Source: an uncultured Actinomycetota bacterium (GTDB lineage Bacteria > Actinomycetota > Actinomycetes > Mycobacteriales > Micromonosporaceae). From it: a stretch of 64,000 nucleotides of DNA. The stretch is taken from assembly GCA_963773935.1 (NCBI GenBank), contig CAVZCZ010000009.1, positions 50,442-114,441 on the forward strand. The letters are read 5' to 3'. Under the pieces are notes generated by a model. It was not told the origin of the DNA, did no database searches, and saw only the letters and a list, made by a program, of their open reading frames with translations. Both the position numbers and the translations under genes were made by a program. Positions 10,104 through 19,481 of this stretch are shown piece by piece (position 1 is the first letter of the stretch; each line of letters starts with the position of its first letter).

Positions 10104-11217
10104 TCGCGGACCCGTCCTCTTGCTTGAGCGCGGCCGCTTCTTTGAGCGAGGCCTCTTGTTTGAGCGAAGCGTGGGTCGGTGCCAGCGGTACGTTTGGCTG
10201 GCGGAGTGCCTCGAACTCCTTACGTAGCACGGGAAGCACGTCCGCGCCGAGGATGTCCATCTGCTCCAGTACGACCGGCATTGGCAGACCCGCGTGGTCG
10301 ACGAGGAACAACTGCCGCTGGTAGTCGCCGACGTACTCGCGGAAGCCCAACGTACGGTCGATGACCTGCTGCGGGCTGCCCACGGTCAGCGGCGTCTCCC
10401 GCATGAACTCCTCCAACGACGGACCGTGCCCGTAGACCGGTGCGTTGTCGAAGTACGGCCGGAACTCCCGTATCGCGTCCTGCGAGTTAGGGCGCATGAA
10501 TATCTGCCCGCCGAGTCCGACGATCGCCCGGTCCGGATCGCCGTGGCCGTGGTGGGCGAACCGCTCGCGGTAGAGCCCGACCATCCGCTCGGTGTGCTCC
10601 TTGGGCCAGAAGATGTGGTTGGCGAAGAAGCCGTCGCCGTAGAACGCGGCCTGCTCGGCGATCTCGGGACTGCGAATCGAGCCATGCCACACGTACGGCG
10701 GGATGCCGTCGAGCGGACGCGGGGTTGACGTGAACGACTGCAACGCCGTACGGAAGCGACCTTTCCAGTCGACGACGTCCTCCCGCCAGAGCCGCCTCAG
10801 CAACGCATAGTTCTCGATCGCCAGCGGGATTCCGTTGCGGATGTCCTGCCCGAACCACGGGTAAACCGGCCCGGTGTTGCCGCGACCCAGCATGACGTCG
10901 ACGCGCCCGTCGGCGAGGTGCTGCAGCATTGCGTAGTCCTCGGCGATCTTCACCGGGTCGTTCGTGGTGATGAGCGTCGTGGCGGTGGACAGGATCAGGT
11001 GCTGTGTGCGGGCGGCGATGTAGCCGAGCATCGTGGTCGGCGACGAGGGCACGAACGGCGGGTTGTGGTGCTCCCCGGTCGCGAACACGTCGAGCCCGAT
11101 TTCCTCGGCCTTCAGCGCGAGGGTGACCATCGATGTGATCCGTTCGTGTTCGGACGGCATTGCGCCAGTGGTGGGGTCCCGTGTCACGTCCCCGACCGTG
11201 AAGATCCCAAATTGCAT
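10096..11217 (-). CDS. LLM-class (luciferase-like) flavin-dependent monooxygenase
   Basis: Intact 373 aa: MQFGIFTVGDVT...FATGEHHNPPF...VDVMLGRGNTGPVYPWFG. Pairs with the downstream FMN reductase. Confidence 0.85.
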   Translation of the reverse strand: MQFGIFTVGDVTRDPTTGAMPSEHERITSMVTLALKAEEIGLDVFATGEHHNPPFVPSSPTTMLGYIAARTQHLILSTATTLITTNDPVKIAEDYAMLQHLADGRVDVMLGRGNTGPVYPWFGQDIRNGIPLAIENYALLRRLWREDVVDWKGRFRTALQSFTSTPRPLDGIPPYVWHGSIRSPEIAEQAAFYGDGFFANHIFWPKEHTERMVGLYRERFAHHGHGDPDRAIVGLGGQIFMRPNSQDAIREFRPYFDNAPVYGHGPSLEEFMRETPLTVGSPQQVIDRTLGFREYVGDYQRQLFLVDHAGLPMPVVLEQMDILGADVLPVLRKEFEALRQPNVPLAPTHASLKQEASLKEAAALKQEDGSASA

Positions 11218-11302
11218 GCCCTCAGCCCTCGCCTCGACCTGCGTCTCCCAAACCTACCCGGACCGCCGGTTACGGGTCGCGGCTGGCTCATATCGCCGGA
11301 CG

Positions 11303-11731
11303 CTACTCGAGCGTGCCTAGCACCCGCTCGCGCACAAGCGGCGCGTCGGCCCCCATGTCGGCGAGCATCCGGGCGGCATCGTTCTCATCGTGAACCAATG
11401 CGAGCAGTATGTGTTCCGTGCCGATGTGGTCGTGCCTAAGCCCGACGGACTCCTCAAGGCAATACTGCATGACTCGCCTGCTGGATTCCGTGAAGGGCAC
11501 GTGGCCCTCCGCGGGCTCGGCACTGCGGCCGACAGACTCTTCGACCCGCTCAAGGACAGCGTCGTAACCGATGCCGAGGGTGGTCAGCGCCCTCGCCGCG
11601 ACACCATCGCCCTCGCGAAGCAGGCCGAGCAAGACATGTTCGGTGCGGATCGAGTGGTGGTTGAGCTTGCGCGCCTCGTCCTGGGCCATGACGACCACCC
11701 GGCGTGCCGCGATGTCGAAGCGCTCGTACAT
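11303..11731 (-). CDS. Clp amino-terminal (Clp_N/ClpR repeat) domain protein
   Basis: Start ATG 11729-11731 with GGAGGTGGG upstream. Two Clp_N repeats: MYERFDIAARRVVVMAQDEARKLNHHSIRTEHVLLGLLRE and SSRRVMQYCLEESVGLRHDHIGTEHILLALV. The longer ORF 11303..12205 is an upstream extension. Confidence 0.8.
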   Translation of the reverse strand: MYERFDIAARRVVVMAQDEARKLNHHSIRTEHVLLGLLREGDGVAARALTTLGIGYDAVLERVEESVGRSAEPAEGHVPFTESSRRVMQYCLEESVGLRHDHIGTEHILLALVHDENDAARMLADMGADAPLVRERVLGTLE

Positions 11732-11845
11732 AGCCCACCTCCTATCAATGCGCATCGTAGCGAAGGGGGACTTGACACGGGTGCCGCCGACGGAAGAGCC
11801 GATTGGCCAATGCGTCCAGCCGTGCCTAGGGTCTAGAGTGCCGAC

Positions 11846-12208
11846 GTGGAGATCGCTGCGAACGTGGTCGTGGGAATCGTTGCCGTACTGCACGTCTACA
11901 TCCTGGTGCTGGAGATGTTTCTGTGGACCAAGCCCACGGGCCGGCGCGCGTTCGGACTCGATACTGACTTCGCCCAGAAGTCCAAGGCGCTCGCGGCAAA
12001 TCAGGGTCTCTACAACGGATTCCTCGCCGCCGGCCTGATCTGGGGGCTGCTTGCCGGTGGCTCGGTCGGCTTCCAGGCGAAGGTGTTCTTCCTGGCCTGT
12101 GTTGTGGTGGCGGGCGTCTACGGCGCTCTTACGGTGAATCGCCGGATCCTCTACGTGCAGGCCGTACCGGCCGCGATCGGCCTGATCCTGGTGCTGCTCG
12201 CCCAATAG
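11846..12208 (+). CDS. DUF1304 family membrane protein
   Basis: Intact 120 aa with 4 TM: HVYILVLEMFLW...ANQGLYNGFLAAGLIWG. Confidence 0.65.
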   Translation: MEIAANVVVGIVAVLHVYILVLEMFLWTKPTGRRAFGLDTDFAQKSKALAANQGLYNGFLAAGLIWGLLAGGSVGFQAKVFFLACVVVAGVYGALTVNRRILYVQAVPAAIGLILVLLAQ

Positions 12209-12433
12209 TGCCTAGTGCTTCGGGCGACCTCCGTGGGCATCAGCCACAAAGGACGCTCGGGTCCGGACCGGCACGGTGGTCGGCACGCGCTTGAGGCCAC
12301 GGTCGGTTGGTGCGTGGGTCCGCGGCTGGTTCGCCCTCGCTCTCGCTCTCGTCCTGCGTCATCCACTGTGGATGGTGCGGCACTTTGTGATCGTTAAGGC
12401 TTCACGCGACACGCTAGAACTTTGTTCGAACAT

Positions 12434-12456
12434 CTGTCGCAGCTAGGTGGTAAATT
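12434..12456 (+). promoter_or_regulatory. RecA-NDp / PafBC-type DNA-damage promoter motif
   Basis: cTGTCGcag-ctaggtgg-TAAATT compared with consensus tTGTCRgtg-N8-TAnnnT. The -10 ends 6 nt before the GTG start at 12463, which is leaderless geometry. Confidence 0.5.
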
Positions 12457-12462
12457 GATGTC

Positions 12463-14485
12463 GTGCCTGGGGAGACACCGACAGATTCGGTCGCCGATGC
12501 GGTGGCGGGATTGGTTGATCTCCCGGCCGGGCCTTCGCTGGCCGCGGCGTTGGCGTGCCTGGATCTGAAGGTGTTGACCGGGTCGCAGGTGGTGGATGTG
12601 CTCAAGGCCCGGTATCGGCAGAACAACCACGATCGGGCGCAGTTGTTCGCGGTCATTGCGGAGGTGCTGCACCGTGGTCAGGCCGAGACGTCGGTGTTGG
12701 AGGAGTATCCGGGGGAGTTCGCCTCCGATGAGGTGCGGGCGGCGTTGGTGTTGACCCGCCGGGCCGCGGACTCGCTGTGCGACTTGGCCGAGACTGTGGT
12801 GCGGGGGCTGCCGAGCGTGTATCAGGCCTTCGCCGCCGGGGTGATCGACCAGCCCCGGGTGCGGGTGTTTCGCGATTGGACCTGTGGTCTGTCCGATGAG
12901 CACACGGCGGCGATCGTGGCTGCGTTGCTGCCCCGGGCGGCGCAGTTGACCACCGCCCAGCTGATGCACGAGATCAAGCGGTATGCCATCGCGTTGGACC
13001 CGACGTGGGCGCGGCGGCGCTATGAGCGGGCGCTTGCGGGTCGGCGGGTCGGCGGGTCGGGGGCAGCCGTAACGAGGACGGGACGGCCAACCTGGCCGGC
13101 TACGACCTGCCGGTCGATCGGGTCGCCGCCGCCTGTGACCGGTTCGACCGGCTGGCCAAGGCCGCCAAGCAGGCCGGTCACCCGGATCCGATCGACCACG
13201 TCCGCGCCGACCTGTTCCTGGGCATGACCGACGGCACCTACGCCGGACTCACCGACGCCCAGATCCTGGCCCGGCTCCTTGCCGAGGCCAACCTCACCCA
13301 AGCTCCACCGGCCGAACCCGCGCCCGACGGGTCTGCAGCGGCCGGGTCTGCACCGGCCGAACCCGCGGAAGGCGCGTCCGCCGATGGTTCGTCCACTGTC
13401 GACTCGCCTGGTGGTGAGCCGTCTGGTTCTGATCGGTCTGGCGGCGAGGCTCGATCCGCTGATAAACCGCTACCGGGCAGCCCAGATGGCGCAGGCCAAA
13501 CGACGGGCGGCGGTGGCGATCCGGATACGGGTGATGACGCCACGGCCGAGGGCGAGAAGGCCGAAGGCGCCGCGGCCGCGGGCGAGACGGCCGACGGCGG
13601 TGCCGGCACGGCTGGAGGCGGGGCGCTCGGGTCGGCCGTGGGAGGCTGCGGCTGTTGGTCGGGTTGGCCACATTGGCCGGAGCTGATGCCCGGCCGGGTG
13701 AGCTGATCGGCTGGGGCCCAGTGCACGCCGAACTCGCCCGCACCATCGCCGCCGCGCCCGGCGCGTCCTGGTGGTATGTGCGTACGGACGACGACGGCAC
13801 TCCACTGGCCATCGGCCGGGTACGGTCCCGGGCTGAGGGGGCCGGATCCTCCGTCCGCGGCTACCCCCGACCGCAGATCTGGCTGCAGGTCAACCAGACC
13901 ACCCTCGATGCGCTCGCTCGGCGTTCCCACCCACCGGGGTGGGAGACGGTCATCGCCGAAATAGCGGCCAAGGCAAAGGCCGAGACCGACACCGGTCCGC
14001 CCAACGGCGACCCGACCGCGCGGCTACCCGGAAAGTCGTTGCGGCGCGCTGGATCCGGGTCAGAGATCGCACCTGTGTCTTCCCGGGGTGCCGCGTGCCC
14101 GCACACCGGACCGACGCCGACCACAGCGTCGCGCACGCCAACGGCGGTGCAACGGTCGACACAAACATCGCGCATGCGTGCCGTCATGATCATCGGCTAC
14201 GCCACGAAGGCCGCTGGAGCGTTAGCCACACCACGCCCGGGCACGTGAGCTGGACGAGCCGACTCGGCCACACCTACCGTCGTCAGCCGCCGCCCGACAT
14301 CACCGACCTGCCCGAACCGATGCCCACAACCGCCAGCGACGAGGACGATACCGACGACCCGCTGTGTCCGTCCACGCAGGACTGGCGTAACAGCACGTGC
14401 ATGCAACCCGAACGACCCCAACCACCAGCACCACCACCACCACCACCCCGCCGTCCCACCCGAGGACGACCCGGCACCCTTTTGA
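12463..14485 (+). pseudogene. DUF222 / HNH endonuclease (13E12-repeat-like), about four frame switches
   Basis: DUF222 N-terminal part in ORF 12463..13227. It continues NEDGTANLAGYDLPVDRVAAACDRF..DHVRADLFLGMTDGTY plus a low-complexity insert (ORF 13224..13706). Then GELIGWGPVHAELARTIAAAPGASWWYV (ORF 13655..14248). The HNH core WIRVRDRTCVFPGCRVPAHRTDADHSVAHANGGATVDTNIAHACRHDHRLRH is in ORF 13939..15111. Switches are near 13050, 13650, 14045 and 14447. The end at TGA 14483-14485 assumes one extra C in run 14446-14449. Confidence 0.7.
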
Positions 14486-14535
14486 CGCCCGGGCTAGCTC
14501 GACCGCAGGCGCGAAGTGCTCGACCCGGGACTCGG

Positions 14536-15111
14536 GTGTCAAGATGGGCCGTGACATCGCCGACTCTCATCGTCGTTAGCGGATCGGCCGGTTCCGGCAA
14601 GACGACACTTGCCCATGCAATCGCATCTGCTGTCGGCTGCCCGGCGATCTGCCGTGACGAGCTCAAGCAGGGCATGGCCCATGGCACCCCTGGCTTCAAG
14701 CCAAGTCCGGGCGACCCGCTCACTCGCCGAACACTCACGACGTTCTTCGATCTCCTCCAGCTTCTGCTCAGCAGAGGCGTGACCGTGGTTGCGGAAGCGG
14801 CCTTTCAGGATCGGCTATGGCGACCCGGTCTTGAACCTTTGCTCGATCTCGCCGCGATCCGGATCATTCGTTGCACCGTCAATGCCGACGTTGCCCACGC
14901 CAGAGTCGCTCGGCGCATGGCGATGGATGCACGTCGGGCGGTCCATGACGATCACGGACTCCTGCAGGCGCTCGCCCGCGGAACACATTCGCTCGACGAC
15001 TTCGTACCGATCTCTCTCCCCGCGCCAACTATCCACGTCGATACGACGGTTGGCTACGACCCAGATATCCCCGAGATCGTAGCCTTCATCAACCAACCCA
15101 CGATCGGATAA
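14536..15111 (+). CDS. P-loop ATPase/kinase (AAA_33-like)
   Basis: Tail of ORF 13939..15111: VTSPTLIVVSGSAGSGKTTLAHAIASAVGCPAICRDELKQG. Start uncertain (GTG 14536 or GTG 14551). Confidence 0.6.
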   Translation: MSRWAVTSPTLIVVSGSAGSGKTTLAHAIASAVGCPAICRDELKQGMAHGTPGFKPSPGDPLTRRTLTTFFDLLQLLLSRGVTVVAEAAFQDRLWRPGLEPLLDLAAIRIIRCTVNADVAHARVARRMAMDARRAVHDDHGLLQALARGTHSLDDFVPISLPAPTIHVDTTVGYDPDIPEIVAFINQPTIG

Positions 15112-15159
15112 CGAGTCTGGCGATGTGTCCTGCGGACGGACCGATGACCAGGTGCTTGC

Positions 15160-15633
15160 TCATGCGAGCCCGACCTCGCCCAGAAGTGCAATCCGGTTCG
15201 TCAGGATGAAAGCCTTCAGCTCCTCCGGCCGGAGATCGATGGCGCGGAGATCGTCTCCACGGAGGCTGACCCGCTCCACGTCGTACGCTCCTCGGGACGG
15301 GTCGTCAAACTCGGGCCCGGTCCGGGCGGACAGATCCATTGTGGTCAGTCGAGCGACATAGAAGTGCGCAACAGCGAGCCCTGTCTCGCCCACTCTGCTA
15401 TGGAGGAACACCTTGCTGACGCCGGTCGCCTCGGCACCCAGCTCCTCCGTGAGTTCCCGGTGCAGCGCCGCCAGAAGTGAGGCGTCGGTCTCCTCCAGCC
15501 GGCCGCCCGGCGTCGTCCAGTACGGCTCGACGCCGGGCCTGGTGCGCTTGAAGAGCACGAGCCGACCGAGGTCGTCGATCAGAATCGCGCGGGCGGAGTG
15601 CCGCCCCAGCCGCTTCCCGGTATGCGCATCCAC
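15160..15633 (-). CDS. NUDIX hydrolase
   Basis: Intact 157 aa. Nudix box GGRLEETDASLLAALHRELTEELG. Confidence 0.85.
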   Translation of the reverse strand: MDAHTGKRLGRHSARAILIDDLGRLVLFKRTRPGVEPYWTTPGGRLEETDASLLAALHRELTEELGAEATGVSKVFLHSRVGETGLAVAHFYVARLTTMDLSARTGPEFDDPSRGAYDVERVSLRGDDLRAIDLRPEELKAFILTNRIALLGEVGLA

Positions 15634-15671
15634 ACGCGTGAGGGTACGTTCCGGCGCGGGTGCGGTGGGTG

Positions 15672-16551
15672 CTACGCCCCGGCGACAGCAGACGCCTTCT
15701 GCCGGGAGGGGCGGGTGGCGACGGCCGAGCCGGCGAGAACCAGCACGAAGCCGACGATGATGCCGGCGGTCAGCGGCTCATCCAGGAAGATCACGCCGAG
15801 CGCGATGGCTACGGCCGGATTGAGGTACGTGATGACGGTGGACTTGGTCGGTCCTATCTCGTCGATGAGGGCGAAGAACAGCACGAACGCGACTGCGGTG
15901 CACACCACCGCGAGGAACAAGCACGGAGACGAGCGCCTCGGTCGGCGGCCACTGCCCGGGCAACTGGGCCACCCCAGGCACGACGTAGACGATCCCGGTT
16001 AGCGTGAGCGACGCCGCTATCACGCCGAGCCCCGGTTCGTTGGCCAGGTACCGGGCCAGGATGAACGGCCCGACCGCGTATCCCACGGCGACAACGGCCA
16101 TCTGCAGCAAAGCCCCGACGTCGCCCGCACCGAGATCGAGTCCGACCAAGGCGGCCACGCCAGACAGGCCGATGAGAAGACCCACGCCTCGACGCCAGTC
16201 AATGCGATCGGACTTGGTGACCCAACCCAGGACGGCACCCACGAGCGGCACCGTCGCAAGCAGCAACCCGGCTAGTGAACTCGAGATGCGACGTTCTGCG
16301 TTCGCCAGGAACAGCCACGGAATCGCCATCTCGACCGCGGCGAAGGCCACCAGAGGTTTCCACTTCGACAGCAGCGGCCGCAGTTCGCCGCGGGCCGCCG
16401 CGATCGGAATCAGTATCAGCGCCGCGACTGTCGTGCGGAGGAACACGACCGAGGCCGGGTTGAGATGCTCGACTGCGATCTTGATAAAGAGGTACGGCAT
16501 GCCCCAGATCACGCCCATGGCGAGGAACAAGAACCAACCTCGGCGTGACAT
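15672..16551 (-). pseudogene. EamA/DMT family transporter, one frame switch near 15930
   Basis: Start ATG 16549-16551 (GAGGAGG upstream): MSRRGWFLFLAMGVIWGMPYLFIKIAVEHL. The C-terminal EamA repeat FLAVVCTAVAFVLFFALIDEIGPTKSTVITYLNPAVAIALGVIFLDEPL is in ORF 15672..15920. Confidence 0.8.
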
Positions 16552-16780
16552 AGCGCCTCCTCGGCTAAGTACCGTACGGCGCACTAGACCTTACCGGTTC
16601 GTCGATCATCGGTGCCGACGGTTCCCGACCTCCGTTCTCGGAGATGCCTCGGCGCGGTAGGTTCGTCGCCATGAAGCGGATGTTGCGCGGGGTCATGGAC
16701 AGGCTGGGCAGGCTGGCCACGCGTCGGTCGGCCAACCGAACCGCAACACCGGCAACGACTTCGACCACGACCAGCCCACC

Positions 16781-17194
16781 ATGACCACGACGACCACGAC
16801 GACCGCGACGACCGCGACGGCGGCGCGGCGTCGCACGCTCGTCTACTCGCCGGAACTGGACGGCCGGGCCGACCCGGGCGAGATCGTATGGACCTGGGTA
16901 CCGTACGAGGACGATCCACGCAACGGCAAGGACCGCCCGGTGTTGGTCGTGGGCCGTGACGAGTCGACTTTGGACGGTCTGATGCTGTCCACTAACAGCG
17001 ACCGGGACGGACAGCGGCACTGGTTCGCCCTGGGTCCTGGTCCCTGGGATCGGGACCGACGGCCCAGTTGGGTCCGGCTCGACCGGGTGCTCACCGTCGC
17101 CGAAGGCGGCATCCGCCGGGAGGGTGCTGTGCTGGACCGCCGCCGATTCGACTCGATCGCGGCTGAGCTACGCCGTCATTACGGCTGGTCGTGA
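16781..17194 (+). CDS. PemK/MazF-like (growth-inhibitor fold) family protein
   Basis: 137-aa ORF: DPGEIVWTWVPYEDDPRNGKDRPVLVVGRD...RPSWVRLDRVLTV. A plausible longer N-terminus, MKRMLRGVMDRLGRLATRR from ATG 16671, is in another frame (stop 16782-16784). The gene may therefore be 16671..17194 with a frame switch near 16780. Confidence 0.6.
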   Translation: MTTTTTTTATTATAARRRTLVYSPELDGRADPGEIVWTWVPYEDDPRNGKDRPVLVVGRDESTLDGLMLSTNSDRDGQRHWFALGPGPWDRDRRPSWVRLDRVLTVAEGGIRREGAVLDRRRFDSIAAELRRHYGWS

Positions 17195-17206
17195 CCGTAC
17201 GAGACG

Positions 17207-18363
17207 TTATGGCGTCACCGTAAGGAACAGGAAGGTCGCGAACACGGCCAGGTGAACGCTGGCCTGCATGAGCGTTGCCCTTCCCGGCGCCACGGTCAGA
17301 ACCGACAGGACGACCGTCAATCCGAGCAGCACCAGCCCCACCGGGTCAAGGCCGAGCGTGAGCGGTTGGGTGACCCATATCGAGGCCACCGCGATCGTCG
17401 GAATGGTGAGGCCGATGCTGGCCAGCGACGATCCGTAGGCGAGGTTCAGACTCGTCTGCACTCGATTGCGTGCAGCCGCGCGTACGGCCGCTCCGGTCTC
17501 CGGCAGAAGCACCAACAGTGCGATACAGACACCCACCACGGCGTGCGGCGCCCCGGCCGCGTCGACCGCGCGCTCGATCGCGGGCGCGGATGTCTTGGCC
17601 AGACCGACCACCCCGACCAGGCAGAACAGGAGCAGACCGAGGCTGATCATCGTGTCCCGGTTCGTGGGTGGTGTCGCGTGCTCCCCGTCGCCGTCGCCGT
17701 CGTGATGGTCGTTGTACTCCTGCTCTTTCTGGGCGCCTCCGGTGACGCCGGACGGCGCGGCCGTCGGCAGTGGCAGGAAGTAGTCGCGGTGCGCAACGGT
17801 CTGCCCGAAGACGAACACGCCGTACAACACGAAGGCGGTGATCCCGGCGAAGGCGAGTTGGGAGCCCGAGTACGTAGCGTCTGGCGTCGTCGTAGTGAAG
17901 GTCGGCAGGACCAACGAAAGGGTGGCTACGGCCGTCAGCGTGGCCACGGCCGCGGTGACACCCTCAACCCGAAAGCTGACTACCCGGTGCTTGAGCGCTC
18001 CGACGAGCAGGCAGACCCCCACCACGAAATTGCACACGATCATGTAGGCGGAGAAGACCGTGTCGCGGGCGAGAGTGGCGCCTTCCTTCGACGAGGTCAT
18101 CAACATGAGGATGAGGCCGACCTCGATCACCGTGACGGCGATGGCGAGGATCAGCGTGCCGAACGGCTCGCCAACCCGCAGCGCGATCGACCTCGGCGTG
18201 GTGGACCGCGGCGATGACCGCGCCCGTGAGGGCCAATGCGACGACCGCGATCAGCGGAGGAGAGGAACTGCCGCGGCCCCAGGTGGCCCGCGAGCACGAT
18301 CGCAGCAACGATGGGGACCGCGATGGACCACCACGGTAGCGTCCTGGCCCGGGTCCCAGCCAT
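17207..18363 (-). pseudogene. Ca2+/H+ antiporter (CaCA/ChaA-like) family transporter, two frame switches
   Basis: MAGTRARTLPWWSIAVPIVAAIVLAGHL (ORF 18151..18363), then SSSPPLIAVVALALTGAVIAAVHHAEV (ORF 17964..18308), then IALRVGEPFGTLILAIAVTVIEVGLILMLM... followed by a 307-aa multi-TM body (ORF 17207..18130). Switches are near 18280 and 18188. Confidence 0.7.
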
Positions 18364-18419
18364 GACCCGAGGTTACGTGAGCCGGCATGGGCGGCAGGTG
18401 GGCAGTGTTGCGCTGAGGC

Positions 18420-19328
18420 TCAGACGAGATGCTGGTCGAACCAGGTGGTGAGCTTCTCGTACACGGCAGTGGCGGCGGCGGCGTTGTAGCGGGATCCGGT
18501 GTCGTTGAAGAACCCGTGGTCCACCCCCGGGTAGGTGACGATCTCGTGGGTCAGGTTGGCCGCCGTGAGTGCCGCCTGGGCGGCGTCGCGGCTCGCGTTG
18601 ACTCGGCCGTCGAGCTCGGCGTAGACGCCGAGCACGGCGGCGTTCGGTGAGCCGCCGAAGTTCGCGCCGTCCGGGAGCGGCCCGTAGAACGGAGCCACGG
18701 CGCCCAGCCGCGGCTCACCCGCTGCGAGCAGGGTCCACATCATGCCGCCGCCAAAGCAGAACCCGACCGCGCCCACCTTGAGGCTCGGATTGCGCCGCAG
18801 CAACTCGGTGACGGCGGCCTTCATGTCGGTCACGAACCGCTCGACCGGCGCGACGTTGAGCGCGGCGGTGGCCTGGGCCGGGTCGCTGAAGGTGGCGGTG
18901 CCGCCCTCGGCGGAGAGCAGATCCACCGCGAGGGCGGCGTATCCGGTCGTCGCCAGGCGCCCGGCGACCGAGCGGATGTGGTCGGTCAGGCCTCGGTTTT
19001 CATGCACGACAAGGACGTTCGCCCGCGGCGTCGCGGGAGCGGCGTAGGCGCCCTGCACCGTGCGGCCGTCGGCCGTCGGGAAGGTGATCGCAGCGGTGGC
19101 GGTCGGTGCCGGCCCGGTCGGGCCGGGCGTCGAGCCTTGCGTCGTGGGACTACTGGTGGCTGACGGCTCACCGCCGCCCTCGGCGTCGCAGGCCGCGAGC
19201 AGGCCGAGCGCGGTCGCGGCGGCCACCCCGAGCAGGCCCAGCTGCCGCAACGCCTCGCGCCGGTCGATGATGCCGTCGGCGTAGTCGACGACCACCTCGT
19301 CTACGAGATAGCGCTGGATGTGATTCAT
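18420..19328 (-). CDS. dienelactone hydrolase family protein, exported (Tat-like signal/lipobox)
   Basis: Intact 302 aa: RREALRQLGLLGVAAATALGLLAAC, then LVVHENRGLTDHIRSVAGRLA..GAVGFCFGGGMMW..YPGVDHGFFND. Confidence 0.85.
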   Translation of the reverse strand: MNHIQRYLVDEVVVDYADGIIDRREALRQLGLLGVAAATALGLLAACDAEGGGEPSATSSPTTQGSTPGPTGPAPTATAAITFPTADGRTVQGAYAAPATPRANVLVVHENRGLTDHIRSVAGRLATTGYAALAVDLLSAEGGTATFSDPAQATAALNVAPVERFVTDMKAAVTELLRRNPSLKVGAVGFCFGGGMMWTLLAAGEPRLGAVAPFYGPLPDGANFGGSPNAAVLGVYAELDGRVNASRDAAQAALTAANLTHEIVTYPGVDHGFFNDTGSRYNAAAATAVYEKLTTWFDQHLV

Positions 19329-19481
19329 GTCGACACTGTAACTCGGTAGGGTTCAAAAACAGTGACCTTGCTCGATGCATGCACCCCTGGAACGGTCGAC
19401 CTGGTTAGCTTCCAGGTACGTGGGCCGACCTTCGATCTGTTCCACCAGGACGGCACGGGGCGTCGATTGAACGGGGACACA

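Noticed and set aside
12417-12439. LexA/SOS box (TCGAAC-N4-GTTCGA) next to the HNH-1 promoter: gaactttgttcgaacatctgtcg.
   Set aside because: The GAAC/GTTC halves are spaced by 3 rather than 4 nt. The alternative TCGAAC-atct-GTCGCA has a poor second half-site. The RecA-NDp reading explains the region better.
12463-15111. DUF222-HNH genes as markers of a mobile element or prophage (also at 21768-23355).
   Set aside because: There is no integrase, transposase, terminal inverted or direct repeats, or tRNA target nearby. The flanking genes are ordinary chromosomal genes. 13E12-like genes are dispersed paralogues rather than autonomous elements.
16781-17194. Type II toxin-antitoxin module around the PemK/MazF-like gene.
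   Set aside because: There is no small antitoxin ORF upstream or downstream. The family with the EIVW..DRPVLV.. motif is, as far as I recall, usually solitary.
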